A stretch of DNA of 63,598 nt, counting the filler. It is 3 parts of 3 records of this genome, joined end to end, with 100 filler letters (N's around TTAATTAATTAA, not from the genome) between each part and the next. Parts side by side here need not be neighbours in the genome. Positions count along the whole stretch, not along the records: positions 1 to 27,692 come from DRR378314_315; 2 more parts are not named here. One strand, 5' to 3'. A program made the position numbers and the translations under genes. The notes under the pieces were generated by a model. It worked only from the letters and a program-made list of their open reading frames with translations, searched no databases and was not told where the DNA came from. Shown piece after piece: positions 1-12,400 of this stretch; positions within the stretch are counted from its first letter, which is position 1, and each line of letters begins with the position of its first letter.

Positions 1-30
1 ACAGCACAGCACAGCACAGCACAGCACAGC
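1..30. repeat. (ACAGC)6 pentanucleotide microsatellite at the contig end, inside a KDM5 intron
   Basis: Six perfect ACAGC copies read directly. Confidence 0.95.
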
Positions 31-77
31 GGGCTCCGGGTCCGGCACAGGAGGCTGTGCTGCCATCCGGTACGTAC

Positions 78-3000
78 TTTCTGCAATGCCCACACCGAGC
101 TCGCATGGCTCTGGCAATCGCCTTGTCTGCGTTGCACAGCTCGCGATTTTCGCCCTCGTACACTTCACCTGCGAGAATCAAGCAGCCGCGGTGCACATAA
201 ACCGGGCTCTGTCCGCGTCGCGGCCCGCCGATGGGACCAACCAGATCGCCTTCTATATTCTCGCCTTCGTTCGTGCCGCACAGCACACAGGGCGGCGGCG
301 GCGGCGGCGGCGGCGACGGTGACGATGGCGATTGCGAAGAAGCATCGCGCTCTGCTTGGTTCGGAGAGGAAGGTGAAACTGGATATTTCGGGAGCGCGCT
401 GTCCGTGCCAATGTCATTGGCGTCATCATCGTGGCCTGCACCTTGCTCGTCATTTTGTGCAGCAGCCGCCGAGTCTGCGCCTCGCCGGCGCTTCGAAGCC
501 GACCCACCCGCGCCGCCACTCGAACGCCGTGCAGCCGTCGAGCGTTTGCCGGAACTCTTCCCCGACCGCTTGGCGGATCCTGGCGTTCCACGAGCGCGCT
601 TGTGTGCTTGTCCTGTGTCCCCGTTGTCTTCTGCCGCCCGCTTCTCGGCTTTGAGCTGCGGCGGGGGAGACAACCGGTCCTTGTCCGCAGCACCGGGCGT
701 TGCGGCCTGGCTGTTGCTGCAAGGAGGCGCGCCGGTTTGGTCGCCGGGAGCCACGGGAGAAGCGGCGGGCGTGCGCGAGCTGGTCATCGTAGAATTCGCG
801 CCACTGGGCGTCCCCTTTTCGCGTGGGCTCGCCAACTTTTTCTGAGCGCGGCGAGCAGCAGCCTTTTCGCGCGCTTCTTCGCGTTTTCGCGCCGCTTCTG
901 CGGCTGCGCGCTGCTTCTCCTCCTCGGCGCGGCGCTTCTTTTCGGCCGCCTCGACCACAGCTGTCGCGGCCTTGAATTGTGGCTTGTACGCGACTCCTCT
1001 CACGCGGGCACAGCTCGGGCAGAGGAACGCGCCCGAGGGCGGGTGCTCGCGGACAATGTCTGGAACACCAATGCATCTGGGGTGGAACCAGCCACTGCAG
1101 CAATCACACCCAAGCATAAAGACATTCTCCTCGTACGGAATTTCGCACGCACAGTACAGCTGTAGAGCTTCATCAAGATGTTCGACCAACGGCACGGGCA
1201 GCGGGAGGCGGCCGATCGTGCGCTTCATAGCTAGATGCCGCGCGTAGCGCTGTGCAGCGCGCAGCGATGCGGCGGCGCCATCCGACGCGGCGGCGTCCTC
1301 GCGCCCTACGTCAGTAGCGTGCCTGGCATACTCTGCAGCACTGTCACTTTTCTTCTTCCGCTTCCCCGTTTGCTCATTCGCAGTCTTCGAAACAGAGCGA
1401 GATGCCGCTTTGTTGTCCTTAGCCGCAGCGGTGGCCTCTTGATCTTCGTCCTCTTCCGCATCCAGGAGCTCGGCGATGCGCATGGCGAATCGCTGCACCA
1501 ATAGACCCGCTAACTCGAGGCGCGGCAAGGCCGCAATCGCAAAGAGCCGCGGGTCAGCGCTACCGCACGGCTCGACTTCGGCATCCGGAAGCGCAATGAC
1601 GCGCCGACCTTGCGAGAGTATCGATGCCATATCGTGTGGCTTATCACGGCCACCGCCGCCGCATAGAATCTCCCGGACACGAATCGCCCACGCGAGCGCG
1701 CGCACCGCCTCTCGGTGCGGCGTCGCACACCGGACCTTTGGAGCGGCGGCAAGCACGTCCAGTACACCACGCTCTGCCGGGGAAGGGGCGCGTGCAGACG
1801 CCCACGCCGCAAGCCCGTCCACGCTTGCGGCCTCGAGCTGCGCGCGAAATCCTGCTGGTGCCGGAGCCGCTGTCAGGACAAGTTCCACGCGCGCGCGTTC
1901 CGTACCGCTCTTTTCCGCGCAGGACACAATGGTATGCGGAACGGATAGCTCCGCAGCGGCTGTGAGGTGCGCGCTAGCTCCGCCGGCCGGGCCACCGCCC
2001 GCCGCCATCTCCAGACTCCGCACGGGCGGAGGCTCGGGATTTTGCGATACACAGCTGTCTCCGAGGGTATGCAGTGCCGAGGCAACAGCAGCGTCTACGA
2101 CATCGCGCGCGAGGGCGGTCGGCTCCCCACTACCGCACACCTGCGCGGCCAGCAGAGCAGACACCATTTCCGTCGCAGACTCTGCCGTTGCGGTCACGGG
2201 GACTCTGGCGAGGCTCGAGTCCGCCTCGCTGCCGACTGCCGTCTCCATTTCAGTGTCCGCGGCCTCCTGCGCACTAATGCGGGAGCCAGACGCTGTTGTC
2301 TCGCATTTGTCGGCCGACGGCTTCGATGCATCGTCAGCAGGCCATTCAGCAGATGGCAGCTGTGCCTCTTCTTTCGCCAGCGGCTCTGCATCAGCGCGCA
2401 GCGAGTGCAACAACTCTTGCGCGTGCGGTACAACCGAACTGCCGGAAGGCAGCAGTTTTACCGCCGCATCTTCTGCAGCACGCAGTGCAGCCACCTCTGA
2501 CGTCTCCAGACGGTCAACGTATGCAGCTAGAGGGGGCAGCGTAAACGTCGCCGGAAGGAGTTCTTTGCACACACGTGGCGGTATGCGCCTCTCCGCCGCG
2601 TCTGGCCCGCTCCGCACCTGCAGTGAGTGCGCTTCAGTGGCATCGGGCATGTCCACGTCGTTCGCGTCAGGCAGTGCGCCCGGCTCTTGGCCATTGCGGC
2701 CGCGCTCGAGCACAGAGCCGCTTGTGGCTGGCGCAGCGTTTCGAAGGCGGCGCGCTGCGACAGCCAACTCGTTCCTGAAACGTCCCAGTGCGCTGGCAGC
2801 AGCGGTTTCCCACGCGTCTGCCGCATCAGCGGCCTCGTAGAGCCAGGCGGCTTCCGCTGCATGCAGCGCAAGGCGCTCCGCAGCGCGCGCGTGCGCGCGC
2901 AAGTCGCCAGGGGATGCCGGTTGCGTGCGCCGGAGCAATCTCCCGGCGCGTGGATAGCGCATCCCGCGCGCTCGGCAGCATATGGGGCAGAGATAATCCG

Positions 3001-6000
3001 CGCCGCTGAGCGCTTCCGCCTCTTCCGCCGCGATGTTCACACAACGGCCATGGAACCAGGCTCGGCATCTATCGCAGGCAATCATGAACTGGCCTTTCGA
3101 CTGTGACTCGTTGCAGAGACAAAAGTGATCTTTGCCCGTCGTCCCGCTCATACCGGCGCGGCCCTGCAGAATGCGCTGCGTTCGCTCGGCGAGGAGCGAC
3201 TCGATGCCGTCGAGCAGTCCCAACAGGCGGAGCGCTTGCGTGCGCCAGGCGTCTGCCTCGTTGATTGCGGTTACCAGGCGCTCTGTTTGGGGCATGATGA
3301 ATGGGACCGTGCCGCCGCGCACACGCAGCGCCAACGCCTGTTCGATAGTTGTCACGGCGGCAGCTCCAGACGTATCGCTATCGGACCGCGTGCGCGCGCC
3401 CGCACTTGATCGTCTGCTGGTTGTTGGCGCAGGTGCGCCGGGCGGCAGGACCGCGGCGCCATCACTCGTGTAGCCAAGTGCGCGGTCAACCGCGGTCATC
3501 CACTCGTTGGCGCGGCGCAGCGCAGCTTCCAGCTGGCGGACTTCGGAAATGTCCGCGGACCGCGTTTTGGCGGCGTCCAGCGCGCGCTCTGCCTCTTCGA
3601 TAGAGCAGCCGCCGCGCGTGTCAAGCACGTCGTGCACGCTCATCGCGACTTGCTTGCAGTCTTCGAGCGCACGACGAAGCTGCTTGTACAGGACAGAGGC
3701 CACGGCAACTTCACCGTGCTGCTTCGCGGCCTCGAACAGCGTCTGCAGCTGCGCAGGGCGCAGACGCCCATTGAGCATCGACGCCGCTTCCAGCGCCCAT
3801 TGCGCTAGGCGGAGACGGGCGTGCACGGCGCTCATTTCGGGAATCTGGGCGGAGAGCGCCAAGCCCTTGGAACGCAGGGCCTTTAAGCTTCGCACATGCT
3901 CTTTCAGCGCGTCGACATCTGCGGCCTGCACAGCTGTGTCGAGCGCAGCGGCGAGCACCGGCACGCCGTCCGCCCCAGACGTGTCGTCACCTGCCGGCGT
4001 TGGTACCGGCGTGCTGCCCGTGCCGATTGCCGCGCGCGCATCGCGCTGCCACGCCTCGATTTCCGCGATGCGCGCGCGCAGCGTGCCGACTTCGGCGAGG
4101 TGCACCGGCAGACCCTCGGCCTCTTCTACAAGGGCGCGCATATCGTCCATGGTCGGCGCGTCGTCGCGCTCCCCTTGCCTCCGGCGTGCTGCGAGGCGCG
4201 CGGGCTGAATTGCGGCCGCTCGACGCTGCCACTGACGCGCTGTAGCGATCGTATCCATGACAAAGCCGAGCGATTTGACATCGTCGTCCATTTCCAGGCG
4301 CTGCACTTGCGATGCGAGCGCCTCCCAGCGCTGCACGGTCGCGCCTTCGTCGACAAGGCGCGCCACTTCATCTTCCCATCGCTGCGGAGCTGTGCAGACC
4401 TGGTACACATTTTCAAGCGTGCCGGCGATCTCCTTTGCGGAGACGCGCTCGTGTATGCGGCGCGCGTCGACATTGCACTCGCACATCTGCAGCGCAAAGG
4501 GAAGCGACGCGATCTTTCCGCACGCTGAGCAGCGACAACACGCCAGATAAAACATGTCTCGCGAAACGCAGCATTCAGTGCGCTCATCATCGGAGTACGT
4601 CTTTCCGTTTGGCTTCTTTAGGCGGCGAAAGAGGTCGTCGTTAAGCGGCTCTCCGCGCTGTGCGCCAGCCGCAAGCAGCTCCGCGCTGTGCCGGAGAAAG
4701 CGCTGCTCGCAGTTGCGCAATTCATCGTACGCAAACGCTGCGACCGGGTAGGTGCGGCAGCTGATCGCTACGAGCCACGCGAGCTTTTCCGTGGAGAACA
4801 CCTGCTTTCGGCGATGCTTTACGTATCGCTCTGCTGCTGCACGGCCCTTTGGGAGCCAGTCGGGCGTGGCAAAGTTGCACGCCTCGGCGAAATTGAAGCC
4901 GTAGTTGAACCCAGTGTGGTATGACTGCGGAAACGTCACGACGAACTCATTCTCCGCATGCACAATACGGTATATTGGGATGCCTTCGCGGAAGAGATCG
5001 TACGGGTTCAGCATGGTAACAAGCCGAAACAGGAGCTGCGGATCTTCCTCAAAGAGCTCCGGTACAAGACGGCGCATGACACCTTCAAACTTTTCCGCAG
5101 CTGACCCCGGGACCCCGTACCACTGCTTGGGAGCTCCCATGTGGTTGTATGAGATCGAATATGTGTAGTGATCCTCGTTATGCCAGCAAAACGTCGAGAA
5201 GCACATGCCAACGTAGAGCCACGGTACAATGACCCCACAAATGTCACTGTCCACAAACCTCAGCAGCGAGCGCTGCGGGAGATTCTGCAGATTCCACCCG
5301 GAATTCACGTACGAGCTCGCCGAGTCGTCGTCGCGCCGCGTCGGGAACCCGCTGCCATGCTTCTGCGACGGGAGATCTGCACCGTACTCGACGGAAATTT
5401 CGTGGCGTGGATCCTCAACGAGGCGCCAGTACTCGCGCTCGATCGCATCAAGCTTTACTTCACGCGTCGTGCGCACGCCAAAGTGGCGGCACTGGAAGCG
5501 GTCCGCCTCCTTCTTGAACGAGTTGAGCGAATACAGCCGCCGTCCTTGGACGAAGCCGTACTCGTCGTCTTGATTCTCGCTGCGCGCCAGGCACGCCTCG
5601 CAAAACCACTGCCCGTCGGGAACTGCGGCGAGTGGGGGATCCAGGCAGGTGTCGTAGTGGAACCCACTGTTGCACGAATCGCACAGCAGAATGCGGTCCT
5701 CGTTGTGCCCATCACCACACACTTCGCACACGACGCGGTCGACTTCTTCGACAAATTTTTCCGGCAGCGGGGCTTCTTCCACTTTGGCGGCTTCTGGAGC
5801 ATCCGCGCCGCCAGGGGCCCCATCGGCGCGGAGCAGAAACTCGGGAACGTCACCGTGGAAGTACCCCGACGCAATCGACGTCAGCACGGCGGCGGCGGTA
5901 GCTGCTTGTACTTTCTGCGTCATGGTCGGATCTTTGCGCCGGTGTCCGAGCGCAGCGCGGGCAGAACCTTCCATTTTCACTTGTGTGTGATGCGGAGCAA

Positions 6001-8678
6001 TGGCTCCCGGCGAAGCGCTCTGCGATGGCGTCCCCTGCGAACTCGGGCTCCCCGCACCCAGCGGGCGTCGCTCCGCGAGAGTCGGGCGGGGCGGCGATGG
6101 GGCAACACTGCCGACGTCTGCCTTGGCCAGGGCGGACTGTCGCAATTGCTCTTCGCGCTCGGTTTGCTTTTGCTGCACCAATTTACTCTCTTCTTCGTTG
6201 ATGCGGCGCGAAAGCTCGTACTCGAAAAGCAGCTGCTCGTACACATCGCGGAGCGCGCGTCCATGATTCGATTTCAAGCCCATCGTTATAGCAACATTCG
6301 CCCACAGGCGCTGATTGCACACGGTGTCGAATCCACCGCGATCCTGGATGAGTCGAAAGAGGTCGAAAAGATCGATTTCTCTATTGTCGACAACGGGCGA
6401 GCTCTGAACGCAAAGCACACGCGCAGCGCATAGACGGGGGGATCACGATTGCACCTGAGACTTGCATGTGGCGCGCGTAGCCATAAAGTAGAACGCAAGG
6501 CTGCATGCGGCGTATACCGCCGAAACACATGGTGCTGCTGCTGCTGTCGTTGTTGTGAGGCTATGGACTGAACTACTTGGGATGCCGGGGCAGATAGGTG
6601 ACGGCAGCAAGAGGGACGGGAAGAAGAAAAGAGCGAGCCGACGCATAGTGGCGCGTTGCACAGAGCTACGCGTTGCCGTACCGGCGTCGCCGGCTAACCT
6701 CTTCGTCCTGTCAATACTACATACGGGGAAGAGATGTTCCAAGTTGTCAATCACTCTTCTGCAAAAGTCAAACAAAACCGTCCATACAGCGTCCATGCTT
6801 CCACAGCAAAGAGGGGCGATGTGCGCCTGCACATGCGCAGCTGGAAAAGAGCGGAGACCAGAGACAGCGCTACACATCCTCTCGCTGCGCGTGACTATGG
6901 AAGCGGAGGAACACGGCGACGCGTCAATCCCGAGCATTGTTCTCAATCTATTTCATTTGAATGATTGATGGATAATATTGTCTCCCGATCATCGAGCACA
7001 AGAGGCAGCTGGGAGACGGGTGGCGTGCGTGCTGCCACGCATACACATAATGGGATGGATTGCGGCTGTGCCGCATAGCATTCGTGCCCAGGCCGCTTCC
7101 GCGGGCAGCGAAAGGGTCAGTCAGCACACACAAACAGAAAAACAAAAAAATAACAAAACAACAGCAGCAACAACACAAGAAAAAAAAGAGAGATACTGGG
7201 ATGGCACTGGGTGGCGACATACACGTTTCATCAACACAAGCCGACTACAGCTGGCGTGTCGGGCGACAGCGAAGAGCGCATGCAAAAGCAGAGTGCGGTG
7301 CGTTCTCGTAGTGGGACACGAAGAGATACGCAGCCAGTGCTGTGCGCACGGTGCGTCCCTTTCGGGTGCTCCTGCAAGTACACGCATCTGGCCCGCGAAT
7401 CGCATCCTCCTGCGAAATACCCGCATGAAACTACACTGCGTGTAACGAAAGGTATAACGCGCGCTGGATTGGTGTGCACAAGCGAGGCGCTGCAGAACAC
7501 CAGTTGAGTGTGTCTATTCTCTCGCGAGGGCGCCTTGGGACGAAGCAGCGAATACTCGCGATGCCTCACGGCCACGCGTCGCACCCTCTGCCCTCTGTGC
7601 CGAGATCTCACAAGCAAGGCAACAAAGATAGAGCTCGCTTCGCAGCTGCACATAATTGATAGTGATGCGGACTACGGGAAAAAATTCCAGCAACGATGAC
7701 ATGACTCACGACGTCGAAGAAGTATGGCAATCGAGTTGAGCGGGGAGCTTGCGGTCTCGAACTGCACGGGGGGTTCGCAGGAGGCGTGGAGGCCGCCGCT
7801 GCGCGGCGGACTCTCCACCAGCGCCAGCGGCACGCAGCACGGGCGGCGCCCAGCACTTTGCCCACCATGGCGAGAACGCAGCCCGCGTCGCGCCTCGTCT
7901 TGGGGCGATAACGGTAACAGGCATACACGATGTATCTCTATAAAACCGAGAGACAATGGGCTAACGCGAAAGATGCGCGAAATTTCAGGGAGTGCAAGCG
8001 TGCGGCGAGCGGCGCGGTGCGCTCTACGTACGGTCGGACGCCCCCACACTGCTGCCGCCAGCGCGAGCGTCAGCGTACGGGCGGCGCACGCACCGCGCGA
8101 GCGCCGTGGAAGCTCGTGGGAAAGCAAGGTTCTCTGCCGAGCCACGGGATGCATCAACGCTGATACACACACTACGTTCTCTTTATGGTGAATGTATGCA
8201 CGTGGGCAGGCGTGTCGCCTTACCGGCGCACAACGGCGCGTCCTCGCACTGTGGCTCCACGCTGGAAGCACCGTCCGTCGTCAGGCATGCAGCGCGGACG
8301 CGGATACACGCGCAACCTCTTCCGCGTCCGCGGCAGCCGCAAGGGCTCGTCCCGGCGCGGGCATTCCGGGGCGCTACGTACCGTCATTGGCTTTCCGATG
8401 CGAAAGAGAAACATTCCGAGACGCTCACGAAAGATGCGCCTGCATCTCGTGCGCCCCTCGATTTCGGAGAGCTTCTGCAGACGCGCGCCAAAGCGGAAGC
8501 GCTTGGTCTCCAGCGAGAACGGAGGTTTCCATCCTGGCGGCGGCACGACCTTGCAGATGCCAAAGGGCTCCGCTTGCTGCCGGATGCTGCGAATATACTT
8601 GATCGGATCGGAGAACTCCTCCTTCGTTGGCCGGAATATCGGCGCTTCTGGAAGTGACCATGGTCCTTGATCTTTCAT
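78..8678 (-). CDS. KDM5: KDM5/JARID1-family histone H3K4 demethylase, 3'-truncated; exons 8678-8382 and 6403-78, more than 2200 aa
   Basis: JmjN (PEAPIFRPTKEEFSDPIKYIRSIR). A phase-0 intron (GTACGT...CAG) joins GKPMT to SSPVVDNREIDLFDL (ARID). PHD1 at ~5590-5730 (CEVCGDGHNEDRILLCDSC...WFCEAC). JmjC at ~4880-5300 with WHNEDH and SYHTGFN iron ligands. C5HC2-like finger at 4475-4573. PHD2 at ~2980-3125, PHD3 at ~1010-1160, extended-PHD start at ~80-290. I walked the minus frame codon by codon and found no stop from 6403 to the window edge; probable donor GTACGT at 77. Confidence 0.93.
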
Positions 8679-9472
8679 TTTCCCCCGGAAAGCTCCTGCT
8701 ATGAGTTCTGGGCAGCGCGCGAAGTCCCACGCCAACGACGTAGCACAGCGCCGCGCAGCAGCAAACGAGGCGACTTTTCCCCGAGCCCTGCGGCGCGGGT
8801 GTGCTTGCTGGCAATGGCTCGGTGCAGCAAGCGCTTGCGCGGGGAGCGGTTCCGTGCAGTAGGGGTTCTCTACTGCTCCACGCGAGCGCGCGTCCTGCTG
8901 CATGTGTGAGTTGTTTCTTGACAGGACTCTTACTATTGCTGATCAACACTGCGTTGCAGGCCTGCGCCAACGCCCCTGTCAAGCCCGACACGCGAGAGTC
9001 TGCCGCGCCGTGGGCCTCTCCGGCCAGCGAGGGCCATGACGCGAGGGTTAGGCACCCGTCGAACCAGAGAGTCGCTAGGGGTTTGCCCGTCGCTATGTGC
9101 CTCCAGGTCGAGCACTGTTTGCCAAGGATCCGACGGGGGTTTGTTCGTCGTCCTTTGCATTGTGCGTACTCGAGCGCGCACACAGCTGCAGCGCGCACCG
9201 CGCGTGACATCTCCGTTCGTTTCCCCGCGCGCTGTGTCTGTGCCCCACGCGATTTCACATCGCGCTCTCGGTCGCGTCGCGGTGGATCTGGGTTGTCGAA
9301 AATCGATACCTTTTCGACTATTTCTTCTTTTGTCACAGATTACCTTTTTTGCGCGAGTGGTGTGCTCTCGCGCCGCGCGCGCACGAATCTTCGCTGCCGC
9401 GTTTTTTCTTCCGCAGTGGGTCAGCGCGTGCCGTTTGCGTGCCGCGCGTTTCCTGCGTGTCTGCAACACACA

Positions 9473-12400
9473 ATGACAGTCGCAGATAGGGATTCGCTGA
9501 CTGCACCGACATACACCAAAGACGAGGTAGCAAAACATGATTCTGCCGATGATGCCTGGGTGATTATCCGCAATCAAGTGTACGACGTTTCGAAGTTCCT
9601 ATCGGATCATCCGGGCGGCGCGTCGATCGGTGAGTAAGCCTTGTCAGCTTTTCTCTCGCGTTCGCCGCAGCACGCTGGTGTTCTCCCTCCGTTTCGCCTG
9701 CGCGCGCTTTCATTGTGATTGCCTCCTTTGCTATCGCATGCATAGATCTGAGCATGTTTATTGTCTTCTCTTGGTAGTGACGTCATTGCTCATGTTTGCA
9801 CTGAACGGTGTACGGGGGGGGTGATGTTGCACGGGCACGCAAAGGTTGGCGGGAGCAATCGACGAGTGTGGCGGGGGCTTCCAAGTGCGGCTGCGCTGTG
9901 CGCGCGCAGAGGGCGGCCCGCAATGTGCACGAGGCTGTGGTTCCGCCGAGGCGCACGAGGACATACCAAGTGCGCTTGGCAGCACTTGGCTGCGGCGAGG
10001 GCCGGGGGACACGAACTCATGTCCGGCTGTGCTGTGACGAGCTTATCGACGCCAGCCACTTTTGCGTCTGGGTTCTCACATCTGTTGCGGCGATTCTGTC
10101 TCCTAGCAGTGGTAATGATGTAGCAATGGTCGATTCTCGATTAAGCGCTGATGCGCGTACAAGGAGCGTAGTTGTCGCAGCGGCTTATTTGCGTATCCGC
10201 CAGGCGTGGGGGTGTACCGCGCTACCCCGATGCTGCAAGGGAGGTGGTGGTCTTGCTCTTGCTTGGGGGGTCCGAAAGCGTAGCGTGCTGTTCTGCGCTA
10301 GCGCTTCAGGGGAAGAGGCGGGCGGTTTTCGTGTACCTTGCCGCGGAGGCGGCCAGGACAACAGAACATGCTTGTGTCCTCGTTGCTAGTTTTGTGCACC
10401 GGATGGGGAAAGGGCGTATTCTTGTGCTTGCTGCTAGCTGTGTAGAGGATGTTTGCGCGACGAGGCGGCCTTCCTCCTAGCCTTTTGCGCTGAGCTCGCT
10501 CTTCACACAAGCAGGATAGCTGAGGCTCTGTGCAGCGGGCGAGATTTCCCCGCTTGCGTTTGTCACACGGTGGCTTGCACGTGTCACGGGCGCCATCCGC
10601 GTTGCCTATCCTGTTTATTGTCGCAGGTTCTCCGGTATAGCGGCTTGCAATCCTTTGCCCCAATAGTTTGCAACTTTTTTTGTTGAGATTAAATATTTGC
10701 TTTTCCGATGCTGTTCCGGCCCCGCGTCACATGTGCCGGGGTGCAGGTCGAGTGCAGCGCGAACGCCACGACAGCGGCACGATTGTGTGCAGCAGACACC
10801 ACTGTCGTTCCGCTCGCACATTTTTGTTGTTTCCCTCGTGCATGCTGGCGTTTCCGCGAAAGGAACTTGATCTGTTACCGCACTATCTGCACATTGTGAG
10901 TATCCGCGCGTGCCACTCGCAAGAATGCCACCCGATGTGTTGTGGACTGCGCGTATAAGCGTGTGTGGCGCCGTGGCGCGCTCGAGTCTGTTTGGTCGGG
11001 GCCAAGGGGTGGTCGTGGTGCAAGCGGCGGCAGCTGCCGCCGCGACATTCCTGCGTTGCAGCACCGCGCACAGTCGTGGGCCTCTGGTGCGAAACTCTTC
11101 TTTTGGCTTCTCTCATGGAAGCTTTGCTTTGCGTGAAGAGAATCTCCACCAACCTTTAGTAGGCGCACCCGTTTTTTTTGTTTTTTTTTTTGGCATTTCG
11201 TAGCGATTCCCTCCGTACCGTGCGGTTTTCCCCGGCCACTGCGGGTGCGGTTCGCTGTAGGATGCAAGTCCCTTGCCCGTGGGGAGGTGGGTGGGCAGGA
11301 CATTACTTCGCCTCAGCTAAGTGTTTCTCTTGCTTGCTTGGCGAACACGACCTGCCGCCCGTCTGTCCTTCAGGGGGGTATCGTCTGATGTACTCTCTTT
11401 CGTGATTGCGATATGCATATTTGGCTGCACAGTCCTTGCGGCCTCGTCTGCCACGCGACTTTGTGCGTGCTAGCGACGGCAGGCGCGTGCAGCGTCGCTA
11501 TGGCGCCATATCAACGCGGTTCTGTAGCAGCTCTGTTCACAAATGCTGTGGGTTCAGTCTTGTAGCGGGCAGTTGGTGTACGTAGGCCGCCCTGGTGGTA
11601 TCGTTTGGGGACAGGGGCTGCAGTTGAGAAACTATGCCGGTGCAAGGACGTCGGCCGCAGGAAGTGGCAGTCGCACGTTGCTTGCAATCGGTTAGTTCTT
11701 CCGTTTCGCGCGATACCAATCAGTGTTTTTACATGTCATTCGATGGACGTGGTGCCCACCTTGCGTTCGTGATGAATGTCGCTCGGTACAGTTCTGGAAT
11801 ATGCTGGCGGTGACGCGACAGAGGCATTCACGTCCCCGGACATCCACGAGCACAGCAAGGCCGCATTCCGCATGCTGCGCCGATACTGGATAGGGCATAT
11901 TGTCGGGACTGTTGCCATTGGGCGACCTGAAGATGCTTCATGCCCCGTCGATCTTTCACGTGGTATTTTATCCCAAGTTGCCTCGCTCGGCGAGAAATAC
12001 GAAGCTTGGGTACACGAGCCTCTTGACGAACCGGTGCGTATCTGTTGGCCCGTAGCACAGCTGCGTCTACTCTGAGCGCCCTGTTCTCTTTCGGCTTGCG
12101 GGGAACTGCGTTGCCGTTGATCCTGCGTCTTCAGACCGATGACAATACTGACAGGTAACGACATTAGGTTTGGTTTGATAGGTTGCATGCTTCCTGGTTA
12201 ATATGTGTCGGCGATTACCCAGGTGTACTTCTCAGGTTGGAGGCCATTTACTGGCGCGGAAAGGCATAGGGCGTTGCCGCTTGCTCGGTTGTACCACGAG
12301 CGGGTTAGTTTTTTTTTTCTCCATCGCCTCTGCGCGGTACCACGCTGTATGAAAACAGGCGTACAAGGGCGCCGTCTAGCTCTGATTTAGGTCACAGATG

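Noticed and set aside
78-6403. Alternative genetic code as the reason KDM5 is missing from the ORF track
   Set aside because: No in-frame stops were found; the frame runs off the window. Other genes end normally at TAG, TAA or TGA.
86-6433. Long plus-strand ORFs (for example 1476-2840 and 5168-6433) as genes
   Set aside because: They are antisense shadows of the GC-rich KDM5 exon and carry no recognisable motifs.
6404-11791. Hidden ncRNA or transposon in the two ~2-kb introns (6404-8381 and 9630-11791)
   Set aside because: No terminal repeats, transposase or RT motifs, or convincing snoRNA boxes were seen by eye; an Rfam/Infernal scan would be needed to exclude them.
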